64,000 nucleotides of DNA from Candidatus Kapaibacterium sp. GTDB taxonomy: Bacteria; Bacteroidota; Ignavibacteria; Kapaibacteriales; WFXC01. The DNA lies in NCBI GenBank assembly GCA_015490805.1, contig WFXC01000002.1, positions 98,437 to 162,436 on the forward strand, in the 5' to 3' direction. The notes under the pieces were generated by a model that worked only from the letters and a program-made list of their open reading frames with translations, made no database searches and was not told the origin of the DNA. Both the position numbers and the translations under genes were made by a program. Shown here piece by piece: positions 8,307-17,314 of this stretch; the stretch's first letter is position 1, and each line of letters begins with the position of its first letter.

Positions 8307-10781
8307 TTACACACTATATCCTGCACGAACTGCTGCGTAAGCAACGCACAATGGCGGGAAGGGAACGGAAAGCACCTGTGCCACCTCTTCAACCGTCACC
8401 TGGGGCGCTGTCTGTAAGTACGCATCGACCTGGCGGATCAAGGTTGCCGCAACACAGCGAGCCGGATCGAGGGGATAACCTGCCAGCAGTAATGTTGCAA
8501 GATGGCGGGCGATTGTCGCTTCTGTTAATCGACGCCGCCGGGCAATTGCAGTCAACGAATACCCGGACACCGCTGCCGCCGCCGTATGTCGCAAGGAATA
8601 TGGCAACTTCTGCCGCCACAGTCGCTCCAGGGTCTGAAGAAAGGAGGAAGCACAGGTCTGGAGAAAAAATTCTGACACGACACCACTTTTCCGCCAGGTC
8701 CCTATTATTGCAGGACGTAAGGGCAACAAAGCTGCCAGTTGGTCATCAGTGACAATGGCAAAGGGTTCCCGTTGCAACTGCTCTGCCCACCGCTGGCGCA
8801 AACGCCGCCACTCCTGCATCACGATCGCAGTCTCTGGCTCAGGAATGGCGCCATTCAAACGGCCGCCACACTCTCTGTGCTTGACCTTCTGCCCTATCTT
8901 CGGAGAGCTCTTTTTCAGCATCCGACCCTGCTTCGACCGCTCCACAGTTGTTGGTTCTCCGGAGCTCGCTTCCTGCAATAGCGGCACCCGCGCTATCGAC
9001 TGCTGGAGTGGAGCTGGTATGGAATGTTCTGCCTTTGCTTGTACAGAAGAAATCGGATGCTTTACACACGACACGCAATGACCACAGGATTGCGGGAAGG
9101 GTTCACCAAAGTACTGGAGCAAGAGCTGGAATTTACACGATGCGCTTTCCAGAAACGCCCACAGTTGCTGCAATTTCCGCAAGGCGACCATCCGACGCTG
9201 TTCCAGGTGCTTCCAGTCGATCGGCAACTGTTCAAATGGCGGGAGTGTCGAGGAGCGAATCAGATCGCCGGACAGCGCCAGGCGGCGCACGATGCGACGC
9301 TGTTCAAGCGATTGGAGGAAAAGTGCAAATTGATGTGCCTCCAGCCCATATTTTCGGCTCACCTGACGAAGATCTATCTCCACCGGTTCAGCAAAAGCAG
9401 CAGAACCAACCGTTCGCAGTAACGCTTCCAGATACCAACGCTGTTGCTCTGGAAAATCCCCATAGAGTTGCTCAAGCCGCCCTCTGGACGTGGTAATCTG
9501 GACTTTCAACGCTGGTGCAACCTCCCACCACTGGAAAATGCGGTGCTTCTGCAAAAAACGCAGCACCTGTTGCACCTGCCTTACGGTCACCCCACTCTGT
9601 TCGGCAAGCTGCTGCACGTTCAACGACTGCCATTGAGTATCAGAGGAGTGTCGCATCACTGCTTCGATGCTTTCATAGACCCGCTGCACCAGCGACTCAG
9701 GCGGATAAGCATAGGCAATCAGTTGCTTCAACAGCGTAAAATCCTGTCGGTGGTACAGGCACAATGCCCGTGCCGGTGCTCCATCCCGTCCCGCTCGCCC
9801 CACCTGCTGGTAGTACCCCTCTAAGGTCAATGGCGGTGTGTAATGAATGACGGTGCGAATGTTGGGTTTATCAATGCCCATTCCAAAAGCCGATGTTGCA
9901 ACGATAACCGGTCGGCTTTGACGCAGGAATTCTTCGTGTACGAAGTTCCGCTGCTCCTCTTTCATCCCTGCGTGATACTGCAACGCTGCAATACCATTGC
10001 GGTGCAGAAAATGGGTCAGGCGTTCCACCTGCTGGCGGGTTGCACCGTAGCAAATCGCAGCGCCATCGCACTGCTCTAATTCCTGTAACACTTTTGCCTC
10101 TTTGTGCTCCGTCTGGACAACATCCAGAAACAAACTTTTTCGGTAAAAGCCCTGAACAATCACCACTGGCTGTTGCAATTGCAGCGTATCGATTATATCC
10201 TGTCGAACCTCTGGTGTTGCCGTAGCCGTCAGCGCAATGACCGGCGGACGATAAGCCAGTCGCTGGAAAAAAGCGGGGATCAGCCGATAGGCAGGGCGGA
10301 AATCGTGTCCCCACTCAGAAATGCAGTGCGCTTCATCCACTGCAATGAAGCGCAGCGGAAGCACACGCAGGAAACGCTGGAACTGCTCATCTTGCAAGCG
10401 TTCCGGCGCTACATACAGCAATCCACGTGGCTCTTGCTGGAGGAGATGCATTCGGCGCTGCACCTCACCACGGCTCAGATTGCTATGCAATGCAACACTG
10501 GGAATTCCCTTCTGCCGCAACCCATACACCTGATCTTCCATCAGGGCAATCAGCGGAGAGAGCACCAAAACGATGCCCGGCACCATCACCGCCGGCAGTT
10601 GATAACACAGCGATTTTCCACCACCGGTAGGAAAAATCGCCAGCACATCCCTGCCCCGAAACACTGCCTCGATCACCTGCTGCTGTCCGGGGCGAAAAGT
10701 AGCAAAGCCAAAATACCGGCGCAAAGCCTGGCGCAGGGCATCCTCTGACAGCAATTCACCTGCTTCTTCCTGCTCCATCAT
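8307..10781 (-). CDS. recQ: ATP-dependent DNA helicase RecQ with a C-terminal extension of about 130 aa.
   Basis: FRPGQQQVIEAV...FPTGGGKSLCYQLPA (motif I), DEAH box (VDEAHCISEWGHDFR), RQC zinc cluster CGHCVSC, HRDC-like region, then extra helical tail. Confidence 0.9.
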   Translation of the reverse strand: MMEQEEAGELLSEDALRQALRRYFGFATFRPGQQQVIEAVFRGRDVLAIFPTGGGKSLCYQLPAVMVPGIVLVLSPLIALMEDQVYGLRQKGIPSVALHSNLSRGEVQRRMHLLQQEPRGLLYVAPERLQDEQFQRFLRVLPLRFIAVDEAHCISEWGHDFRPAYRLIPAFFQRLAYRPPVIALTATATPEVRQDIIDTLQLQQPVVIVQGFYRKSLFLDVVQTEHKEAKVLQELEQCDGAAICYGATRQQVERLTHFLHRNGIAALQYHAGMKEEQRNFVHEEFLRQSRPVIVATSAFGMGIDKPNIRTVIHYTPPLTLEGYYQQVGRAGRDGAPARALCLYHRQDFTLLKQLIAYAYPPESLVQRVYESIEAVMRHSSDTQWQSLNVQQLAEQSGVTVRQVQQVLRFLQKHRIFQWWEVAPALKVQITTSRGRLEQLYGDFPEQQRWYLEALLRTVGSAAFAEPVEIDLRQVSRKYGLEAHQFALFLQSLEQRRIVRRLALSGDLIRSSTLPPFEQLPIDWKHLEQRRMVALRKLQQLWAFLESASCKFQLLLQYFGEPFPQSCGHCVSCVKHPISSVQAKAEHSIPAPLQQSIARVPLLQEASSGEPTTVERSKQGRMLKKSSPKIGQKVKHRECGGRLNGAIPEPETAIVMQEWRRLRQRWAEQLQREPFAIVTDDQLAALLPLRPAIIGTWRKSGVVSEFFLQTCASSFLQTLERLWRQKLPYSLRHTAAAAVSGYSLTAIARRRRLTEATIARHLATLLLAGYPLDPARCVAATLIRQVDAYLQTAPQVTVEEVAQVLSVPFPPLCVAYAAVRAGYSV

Positions 10782-10978
10782 TCTCTGTTTCTTTCCAACA
10801 ACCCTCTTTGCACAAGCAAGCGGCTATGATGACAGGAATCTTAAGCACATCTGCCCCATTTGTCCGACATCATTGCCATTTCACCATATTGTCCAGCCCG
10901 GATGCCCTCCACCCCGACGGACACCCAGCACCCTCCATACTTGATATCCCCAATGGTGCATAGCATTTCCCATTGAGA

Positions 10979-12001
10979 CTATGGGGAACTGCCTTCGTCT
11001 TTGGTTGGTGGGAAAGAACGCTGTGCGACAATCAGGGATACTGCCAATTTTTGTTCGCGTGGTTCAGGGGACTGATCCAGCCGACATTCGACACACGCTT
11101 CCTGCTGAGCATACGCTGCCGATTCAATCTGGAAAGTAGCATGCTGAATCTGGAACTGCTCCCGTACTAACTGCTGCAGTCGGCGCAGAATCGTATCGCG
11201 ATCTGCCGTATTGTCTACAACCACATGGGCACTCATCGCACACGTCCGATCGCTCAACTGCCAGATGTGCACATCGTGCACGTTCCGCACTCCTTCAACA
11301 GTTTGCATCAGGCGAGTAACGGTAGCAACATCCAGATTCGGCGGTGCTGCATCCAGCAGGATGTTCATTGACCGCCGAAGGATAGGAAGAGCGGAGCGAA
11401 TGATGAAAATGACAATAAGCACAGACAACACTGGATCAATCCAATAGGCTCTTGTCAACCATATTATTCCTCCTCCGATGAGGACTGCCACCGATGACAG
11501 CAAGTCCATTAACACGTGCAGATAGGCACTGCGTACATTCAAACTATGGGAATGGCGAAGGAATTGCGCGCTAATAATGTTGCCAACTAACCCAACCGCT
11601 GCAACTCCCATCATCAGTGGCAATTGAATAGGCACCGGCTCGGACAGCAATCGCTCAATAGCTTCGTACACGATATACACACACATCAACAAAAGGGTCA
11701 CAGCGTTAAACAGTGCCGTAATCGTTTCCAGACGGCGATAGCCATAGGTGTACCGCGGCGGCACCTGATCGCGAGGTCGCATCGCAAAGCTGAGCCCCAG
11801 CAACGCCACCAGCAGCGATAGCAGATCGGTCAGCATATGCCCGGCGTCAGACAGCAGCGCTAAGCTACGACTGAGCAAACCTCCTACAACCTCTGCGATG
11901 AAAATCGTTCCGGTTACTGTGGTAGCAATGAGCAGTGACCGTCTATCAGAATGCCCGTGCTGGTGAGTATGTGTATGCATACGTTCCTCGCTGATATTCA
12001 T
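10979..12001 (-). CDS. Cation diffusion facilitator (CDF) family divalent-metal exporter, CzcD/ZitB-like.
   Basis: His-rich N-terminus MHTHTHQHGH. TM core SLALLSDAGHMLTD (HxxxD metal site). Cytoplasmic C-terminal domain. Start moved to ATG 12001 (MNISEERMHT...); the longer track ORF would overlap rmlA. Confidence 0.8.
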   Translation of the reverse strand: MNISEERMHTHTHQHGHSDRRSLLIATTVTGTIFIAEVVGGLLSRSLALLSDAGHMLTDLLSLLVALLGLSFAMRPRDQVPPRYTYGYRRLETITALFNAVTLLLMCVYIVYEAIERLLSEPVPIQLPLMMGVAAVGLVGNIISAQFLRHSHSLNVRSAYLHVLMDLLSSVAVLIGGGIIWLTRAYWIDPVLSVLIVIFIIRSALPILRRSMNILLDAAPPNLDVATVTRLMQTVEGVRNVHDVHIWQLSDRTCAMSAHVVVDNTADRDTILRRLQQLVREQFQIQHATFQIESAAYAQQEACVECRLDQSPEPREQKLAVSLIVAQRSFPPTKDEGSSP

Positions 12002-12863
12002 ACCAAACTTGTTGACAGTATGTTTTATATTCGCTATCCGGAAAAGTAGAGACGTATTGGTAATAGTTTTCAGGGGAAATGAAGCCTCGGATGAGCGCAA
12101 TTTCTTCCAGACAGGCAATTTTGTATCCCTGCCGTTGCTCAATGGTATGAATAAACAAGCTGGCTTCCAGTAACGCCTGAGGAGTACCGGTATCCAGCCA
12201 GGCAATGCCGCGTCCCATCAGTTCCACGCGCAACCGCCCCTGCGCCAGATAGGCGTTATTGACATCAGTAATTTCCAGCTCTCCCCGTGCACTGGGCTTC
12301 AGTGATCGCGCAATGTCCACTACATCTGCCGTATACACATAGAGTCCGGGAATGGCATAGTTTGACGGCGGGTCTTTCGGCTTCTCCACAATCCGTCGCA
12401 CGCTGCCATCGGGGGCAAATTCAATGACGCCGTAGCGGTGTGGATCCTTAACTGGATAGCCAAAGACTGTACCACCGGGATTGTTGCGCAATGCCCGTCG
12501 AAGAAAATCCAGCTTACCATAAAAGAGGTTGTCGCCCAGGATCAGACACACCTGATCCGACCCAATAAAGTTGGCGCCATAGATAAACGCTTCAGCAATC
12601 CCGCCGGGCTGCGGCTGCACAGCATACGACAACTGAATGCCCCATTGGCGACCGTCCCCTAACAATTGCTGAAATCGCGGGGTGTCTTCGGGCGTTGAAA
12701 TAATGAGAATCTCCCGAATATCTGCCAGCATCAAGGTCGACAGTGGGTAGTAGATCATCGGCTTATCATACACCGGCTGCAACTGCTTACTGGCAACCTG
12801 ACTGATCGGAAATAGCCGCGTGCCCCGTCCCCCTGCTAAAATAATCCCCTTTGTTTGCCCCAT
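11946..12863 (-). CDS. rfbA: Glucose-1-phosphate thymidylyltransferase.
   Basis: GIILAGGRGTRLFPISQVASKQLQPVYDKPMIYYPLS. Typical RmlA N-terminus and length. Confidence 0.9.
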   Translation of the reverse strand: MGQTKGIILAGGRGTRLFPISQVASKQLQPVYDKPMIYYPLSTLMLADIREILIISTPEDTPRFQQLLGDGRQWGIQLSYAVQPQPGGIAEAFIYGANFIGSDQVCLILGDNLFYGKLDFLRRALRNNPGGTVFGYPVKDPHRYGVIEFAPDGSVRRIVEKPKDPPSNYAIPGLYVYTADVVDIARSLKPSARGELEITDVNNAYLAQGRLRVELMGRGIAWLDTGTPQALLEASLFIHTIEQRQGYKIACLEEIALIRGFISPENYYQYVSTFPDSEYKTYCQQVWYEYQRGTYAYTYSPARAF

Positions 12864-12946
12864 CCAATTGCCGTTACCGTTTTACGTTAGCATTGAAACT
12901 CAAATTTAACAAAGTTCGTGGAATCAAGCGGTGGAGGGGACAGCCA

Positions 12947-14320
12947 ATGGCACAACATCTGATTTCAATCAATCCTGCAACTGGTGAGCAAATCCAGGAA
13001 TACCGCATTCATACGCCCGGCGAAGTTGAGGAACGAATAGAGAAGGCAGAATTGGCATTTCAGGAGTGGCGCCGCTCCGTGTTTGCAGAGCGACAATTCC
13101 TGCTGCGACGTATTGCTGAATTGCTGCGAGTCCAGAAAAACGATTTTGCTAGGCTGATGGCGGAAGAAATGGGTAAACCACTGGCCCAGGGTGTGGCAGA
13201 AGTTGAAAAATGCGCGTGGGTATGCCAGTACTACGCCGAAAAGGGAGAAGAATTTTTGCAGGATATTCCCGTTGAAACGGACGCTTCGCGCAGCTACGTC
13301 CACTTTGAACCTCTGGGCGTTCTTCTGGCGATTATGCCGTGGAACTTCCCGTTCTGGCAGGTGTTTCGCTTCTTAGCTCCCGCCCTAATGGCAGGCAATG
13401 CGGTAGTGCTCAAACACGCTTCCAACGTTACTGGCTGCGCCTTAGCAATTGAGCACCTGCTGTACGAAGCTGGCGCTCCCAAAGGACTGTTTGCCACGCT
13501 CATTCTGCCATCGTCCGCTGTGGAACCCGTTATCCGCCATCCCCTTATTCGGGGTGTTACGCTGACTGGCAGTACTGCCGCGGGCAAGGCAGTAGCAGCT
13601 ATCGCTGGATCGGAATTGAAGAAAACCGTGATGGAACTGGGGGGTAGCGATCCCTATGTGGTGCTGGAAGATGCGGATCTGGATCCGACCGTTGAAACCT
13701 GCGTCACTTCGCGATTGATCAACAGCGGGCAAAGCTGCATTGCAGCCAAGCGGTTCATTGTCGTTCACCCTATCTATGAGCGATTCGTCGGGAAATTCGT
13801 AGAGGCTATGCGCTCCAAAGTAATGGGGAATCCTCTGGACGATGGCATTGATCTTGGTCCACAGGCGCGCACAGATCTGCGTGACAGCCTGCACCAACAG
13901 GTAGTCCAGAGTGTGCAACAGGGCGCTCGCCTCCTGCTCGGTGGCACAATCCCCGATCGCCCTGGAGCATTCTATCCACCAACGGTGCTGGCAGATGTGC
14001 AGAAAGGGATGCCGGTATTTGATGAGGAAACCTTTGGACCCGTGGCAGCGATCATTCCTGCTGCTGATGAGTACGAAGCGGTGCAACTGGCAAACAGCTC
14101 GTCCTACGGACTGGGTGCTGCCGTCTTTACGCAGGATCTGGAGAAAGCGGAACGGATTGCTCGCGAACACCTGGAAGCGGGCAACTGCTTTGTTAACGCC
14201 TTTGTCCGCTCTGATCCCCGATTGCCGTTTGGTGGCATCAAAGCGTCGGGATATGGGCGGGAGTTGTCAGTTTTCGGTATTCGGGAGTTTGTGAACATTA
14301 AAACCGTGTGGATCCGGTAG
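12947..14320 (+). CDS. NAD(P)+-dependent aldehyde dehydrogenase, succinate-semialdehyde dehydrogenase-like.
   Basis: ALDH motifs FTGSTAAGK, ELGGSDP, catalytic Cys region SGQSCIAAKR. GGAGG RBS 11 nt upstream of ATG 12947. Confidence 0.85.
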   Translation: MAQHLISINPATGEQIQEYRIHTPGEVEERIEKAELAFQEWRRSVFAERQFLLRRIAELLRVQKNDFARLMAEEMGKPLAQGVAEVEKCAWVCQYYAEKGEEFLQDIPVETDASRSYVHFEPLGVLLAIMPWNFPFWQVFRFLAPALMAGNAVVLKHASNVTGCALAIEHLLYEAGAPKGLFATLILPSSAVEPVIRHPLIRGVTLTGSTAAGKAVAAIAGSELKKTVMELGGSDPYVVLEDADLDPTVETCVTSRLINSGQSCIAAKRFIVVHPIYERFVGKFVEAMRSKVMGNPLDDGIDLGPQARTDLRDSLHQQVVQSVQQGARLLLGGTIPDRPGAFYPPTVLADVQKGMPVFDEETFGPVAAIIPAADEYEAVQLANSSSYGLGAAVFTQDLEKAERIAREHLEAGNCFVNAFVRSDPRLPFGGIKASGYGRELSVFGIREFVNIKTVWIR

Positions 14321-14326
14321 AATCGG

Positions 14327-14986
14327 ATGATCACTGTTGCGCGCTTCTTTGAAGATCCCTGGTGGCTGGACCTTGCTAAACGGATCATTCGGCTACCGCT
14401 GAAGGCGATTTACTACTCATGGCTTCGTCTCCATCCAGACTATCCGTGGCTTGCCTACGGCGCTATTCGCTGGCTCAAACGCCACCTGCATCCCTCGATG
14501 GTCGGTTTTGAATGGGGAAGTGGACGAAGCACGCTCTTTTTTGCCCAACGCGTGCACAGGTTATACACTGTTGAACACGATCGGCAATGGTACGAAACCG
14601 TTCGCCAGATGATTCAGCAGGCGCAATTGCAGGACAAAGTCGAGTTGATCCTTATTCCTCCTCACAAACCTGCATTCAATCCTGCAAAACCGCGGACACA
14701 GTGGTGGGCGCAAAGTGGTTATGTGCCAGGCAAACCACAATACGAGCAGTATGCCGATGCAATCCTGCAATTTCCCGATGCATTTTTTGACTTCATCGTT
14801 GTCGACGGGCGCGAGCGAGTAAGTTGCCTACTCAACGCCGAACCCAAACTTAAGTCCGGCGGCTTTCTGCTGTTAGACAATGCCGAACGGCGGGAGTACC
14901 AGCCGGGAATCCTGCCCTACCGCACCTGGCGCCGGCTGGATTTCAGCAATGGGCTGACGGTCAGTTCTATTTTTCTGAAGCCTTAA
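14327..14986 (+). CDS. Class I SAM-dependent methyltransferase-like protein (Methyltransf_24/TylF-like fold).
   Basis: FEWGSGRSTLFFA (GxGxxST-like motif I), DFIVVDG and GGFLLLDN acidic/hydrophobic post-motifs. Confidence 0.45.
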   Translation: MITVARFFEDPWWLDLAKRIIRLPLKAIYYSWLRLHPDYPWLAYGAIRWLKRHLHPSMVGFEWGSGRSTLFFAQRVHRLYTVEHDRQWYETVRQMIQQAQLQDKVELILIPPHKPAFNPAKPRTQWWAQSGYVPGKPQYEQYADAILQFPDAFFDFIVVDGRERVSCLLNAEPKLKSGGFLLLDNAERREYQPGILPYRTWRRLDFSNGLTVSSIFLKP

Positions 14987-15029
14987 CAAGATACAGGCGC
15001 AAAAGCTCTGTTGTAATAACGCTTCCTCG

Positions 15030-16583
15030 CTACCGGGCGTAGGCAATGCTCCGCTTCTCCCGAATCACCGTGACCCGGATTTGTCCCGGGTATTCCATCG
15101 TTTCCTCGATCCGTTTGGCGATTTCGTGCGCGATGGTATCCGCCGTCAGATCATCGATCCGTTCGGGTTCGACGATCACCCGAATTTCTCGACCCGCTTG
15201 AATGGCGTAGCTTTGTACCACCCCCTCGAAACTGGAAGCAATTTCCTCCAGCGAAGTCAGCCGTTTAATGTAATGTTCCAGCGACTCCCGCCGGGCACCG
15301 GGCCGGGCACCACTAATCGCATCGGCTGCCTGGACCAGCGCTGCGATGGGGCTAATCATCTCCATCTCATCGTGATGGGAACCAATGGCATTGGCAACGA
15401 TCGGATGCTCCCGATATCGCTTCGCAATTTCATAGCCGATCAAGGCGTGCGGACCTTCTTCCTCCACACATTTGCCAATGTCGTGGAGCAACCCTGCTCG
15501 CTTTGCCAGTCGAACATCCAGCCCCAATTCTGCTGCCATAATGGCTGCCAGGCGAGCAACTTCGATGGAGTGCGCTAACAGGTTTTGCCCGTAACTGTAG
15601 CGATATTTCATCCGGCCAATGAGGCGCACAATTTCCCGATGGACGTTGTGAATACCCAATTCGAGCAACGCCTGTTTTCCAACCTCCCGAATCTCATCCT
15701 CCATCTCTTTCTTCGTTTTGTTCACCACCTCTTCAATCCGGGACGGATGAATACGCCCGTCGCTGACCAGGCGCTCCAGTGCGCGGCGCGCCACCTCACG
15801 ACGGAGAGGATCAAAGCAGGAAATCAGCACCGCTTCAGGGGTATCGTCAATGATAAGATCCACGCCAGTAGCTGCTTCAAAGGCGCGAATATTCCGCCCT
15901 TCCCGTCCGATGATCCGTCCCTTCATCTCATCGCTGGGCAGATTGACCACCGAAACAGTGTTTTCAATCGCATAATCCGTAGCAGTGCGTTGAATCGCTT
16001 CCACCACGATCTTTTGCGCTTGCTTCTTTGCTTCTTCCCGCGCCTGATCCCGAATCTCCTTAATCATCAAAGCTGCCTCTGTTTTCGCTTCTTCCACCAT
16101 CGAATCCAGCAAATACTTTTTCGCATCTTCCCGCGACATTCCGGTAATGCGCTCCAGGCGGATAAGTTGCTCTTCCCGCAACTGCTCTACCTCTTCCATC
16201 CGCTGCTGCACCTGTTGTTGCTGCTGTTGGAGCGACTGTTCCAGACTCTGCAACTGTTTTTCCTTATTGCTGAGTAGCTCCAGCTTTCGGGTGATTCGAT
16301 CTTCTCGCTCTTTGATCTCCTTCTCATACGCTCGCAGCTTTTCGTGCCGATCCTGCATAATCTGATCAAATTCCCGCTTTTTCCGATCCCACTCCGCTTT
16401 GACTTCCAGCAGCTTTTCCTTTTTGAGAATTTCTCCTTCTTTTTCAGCATCCCGCAGGATCACTTTGGCGCGTTCTTCAGCATCCTTGATCTTCATTTTC
16501 AAGGAACGCTGCACCAGCCAATAGCCAACTCCTCCTCCCAGCAGGAAGCCAAGAATTGTTAACCCAACAATCCACCATTCCAT
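15030..16583 (-). CDS. rny: Ribonuclease Y.
   Basis: N-terminal TM helix, coiled coil, KH domain ([26 protein letters not shown]) and HD domain (LLHDIGK). Start set at ATG 16583 (MEWWIVGL...), preceded by aaggag RBS. The track start at 16625 lies inside the terminator hairpin. Confidence 0.9.
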   Translation of the reverse strand: MEWWIVGLTILGFLLGGGVGYWLVQRSLKMKIKDAEERAKVILRDAEKEGEILKKEKLLEVKAEWDRKKREFDQIMQDRHEKLRAYEKEIKEREDRITRKLELLSNKEKQLQSLEQSLQQQQQQVQQRMEEVEQLREEQLIRLERITGMSREDAKKYLLDSMVEEAKTEAALMIKEIRDQAREEAKKQAQKIVVEAIQRTATDYAIENTVSVVNLPSDEMKGRIIGREGRNIRAFEAATGVDLIIDDTPEAVLISCFDPLRREVARRALERLVSDGRIHPSRIEEVVNKTKKEMEDEIREVGKQALLELGIHNVHREIVRLIGRMKYRYSYGQNLLAHSIEVARLAAIMAAELGLDVRLAKRAGLLHDIGKCVEEEGPHALIGYEIAKRYREHPIVANAIGSHHDEMEMISPIAALVQAADAISGARPGARRESLEHYIKRLTSLEEIASSFEGVVQSYAIQAGREIRVIVEPERIDDLTADTIAHEIAKRIEETMEYPGQIRVTVIREKRSIAYAR

Positions 16584-16623
16584 TTGTTTTCTCCTTTCCG
16601 ACTTGCTGTTTGACATCATCAAC

Positions 16624-16664
16624 AAAAAAGCCGCACCATTCTGTCTGCGCTTAGAATGAAGCGG
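16624..16664 (-). terminator. Rho-independent terminator-like hairpin plus U-run, 45 nt upstream of the rny start.
   Basis: Minus strand CCGCUUCAUUCU-AAGCGCAGAC-AGAAUGGUGCGG followed by CUUUUUU. The 3' strand is also the partner of the long-range pairing above. Confidence 0.5.
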
Positions 16665-16904
16665 ATAGCTGGTAAGAACCCTTACCGGACACAGTGGGTG
16701 CTTGCCTGATTACCTTTTGCTTCCCCCGAACCCTGGGAACACCGCTACCGGTGTTCACGGTGGATGACAGCGGGCCATCCACACGCAGGGTTACTGCTAT
16801 CATCAGCAGTTGGGGCCTGCAATCAGCAACCAGAGCCAAGCTCCCTTTTCGTTGAAACTGTCGGTTCTTACCTTCGCTATAACGATCCGACAGAATGATG
16901 CGGC
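16624..16904 (-). ncRNA. Candidate structured RNA of about 280 nt between zapA and rny: a 6S-like RNA or an rny leader/attenuator.
   Basis: 5' segment GCCGCAUCAUUCUGUC (plus 16889-16904) can pair over 16 nt (one G-U) with 3' GACAGAAUGGUGCGGC (16630-16645). An inner 10-bp pairing is GGUAAGAACC with GGUUCUUACC (16863-16872 with 16671-16680). The 3' end forms an intrinsic terminator. The 89-aa ORF over this region is not protein-like. Confidence 0.35.
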
Positions 16905-16953
16905 AAAGAAGCTTTGGCACTGTTGCTGCCTGTTCAAGCTTCTATGGAAAAGA

Positions 16954-17250
16954 TCACCCATCCTCAGCAGCGGCGTCCGCAAGCCGCTGCCGAAGAAACT
17001 CAGTCATTTTCTCGATTTCCTGTTCATAAAGTTTTATCTGCAATGCCATTTGCTCGCAGCGAACATCGTATTCTTCCAACAGATTCAAAGCTGCCAAAAC
17101 GGTGACAACCAAGGTTGAAACTCGATCCTGCCGCTGCTTCATTTGCCGCATCATCTCGTCAAATCGGTGAGCCAGTCGCTGCACCCGCTGCGGGTCTTCA
17201 CACCGCAACGTATACATCTGCTCACCGATTTGCACCTGGACTGTTTCCAT
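16954..17250 (-). CDS. zapA: Cell division protein ZapA (Z-ring-associated protein).
   Basis: 98 aa. N-terminal beta region VQVQIGEQMYTLRCE followed by a long coiled coil. Size and architecture match the ZapA family. Confidence 0.6.
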   Translation of the reverse strand: METVQVQIGEQMYTLRCEDPQRVQRLAHRFDEMMRQMKQRQDRVSTLVVTVLAALNLLEEYDVRCEQMALQIKLYEQEIEKMTEFLRQRLADAAAEDG

Positions 17251-17314
17251 TCGAACCCAAACTGTTCTGGTCCTGCCAGCAAAGTCTGTTTTTAAGAACG
17301 TATGCCCATTGCGG

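Noticed and set aside
12001-12205. Longer N-terminal extension of the CDF transporter ORF.
   Set aside because: The extension overlaps the rmlA coding region and is not protein-like. The MNISEERMHTHTH start gives a typical His-rich CDF N-terminus.
15081-16277. Plus-strand ORFs of 165 and 230 aa inside rny.
   Set aside because: They lie entirely antisense within a strongly supported RNase Y gene, have low complexity and no motifs.
16651-16920. 89-aa ORF on the minus strand between rny and zapA.
   Set aside because: Composition is not protein-like and has no motif. It coincides exactly with the region that folds into the long-range paired RNA element and terminator, so I interpret it as non-coding.
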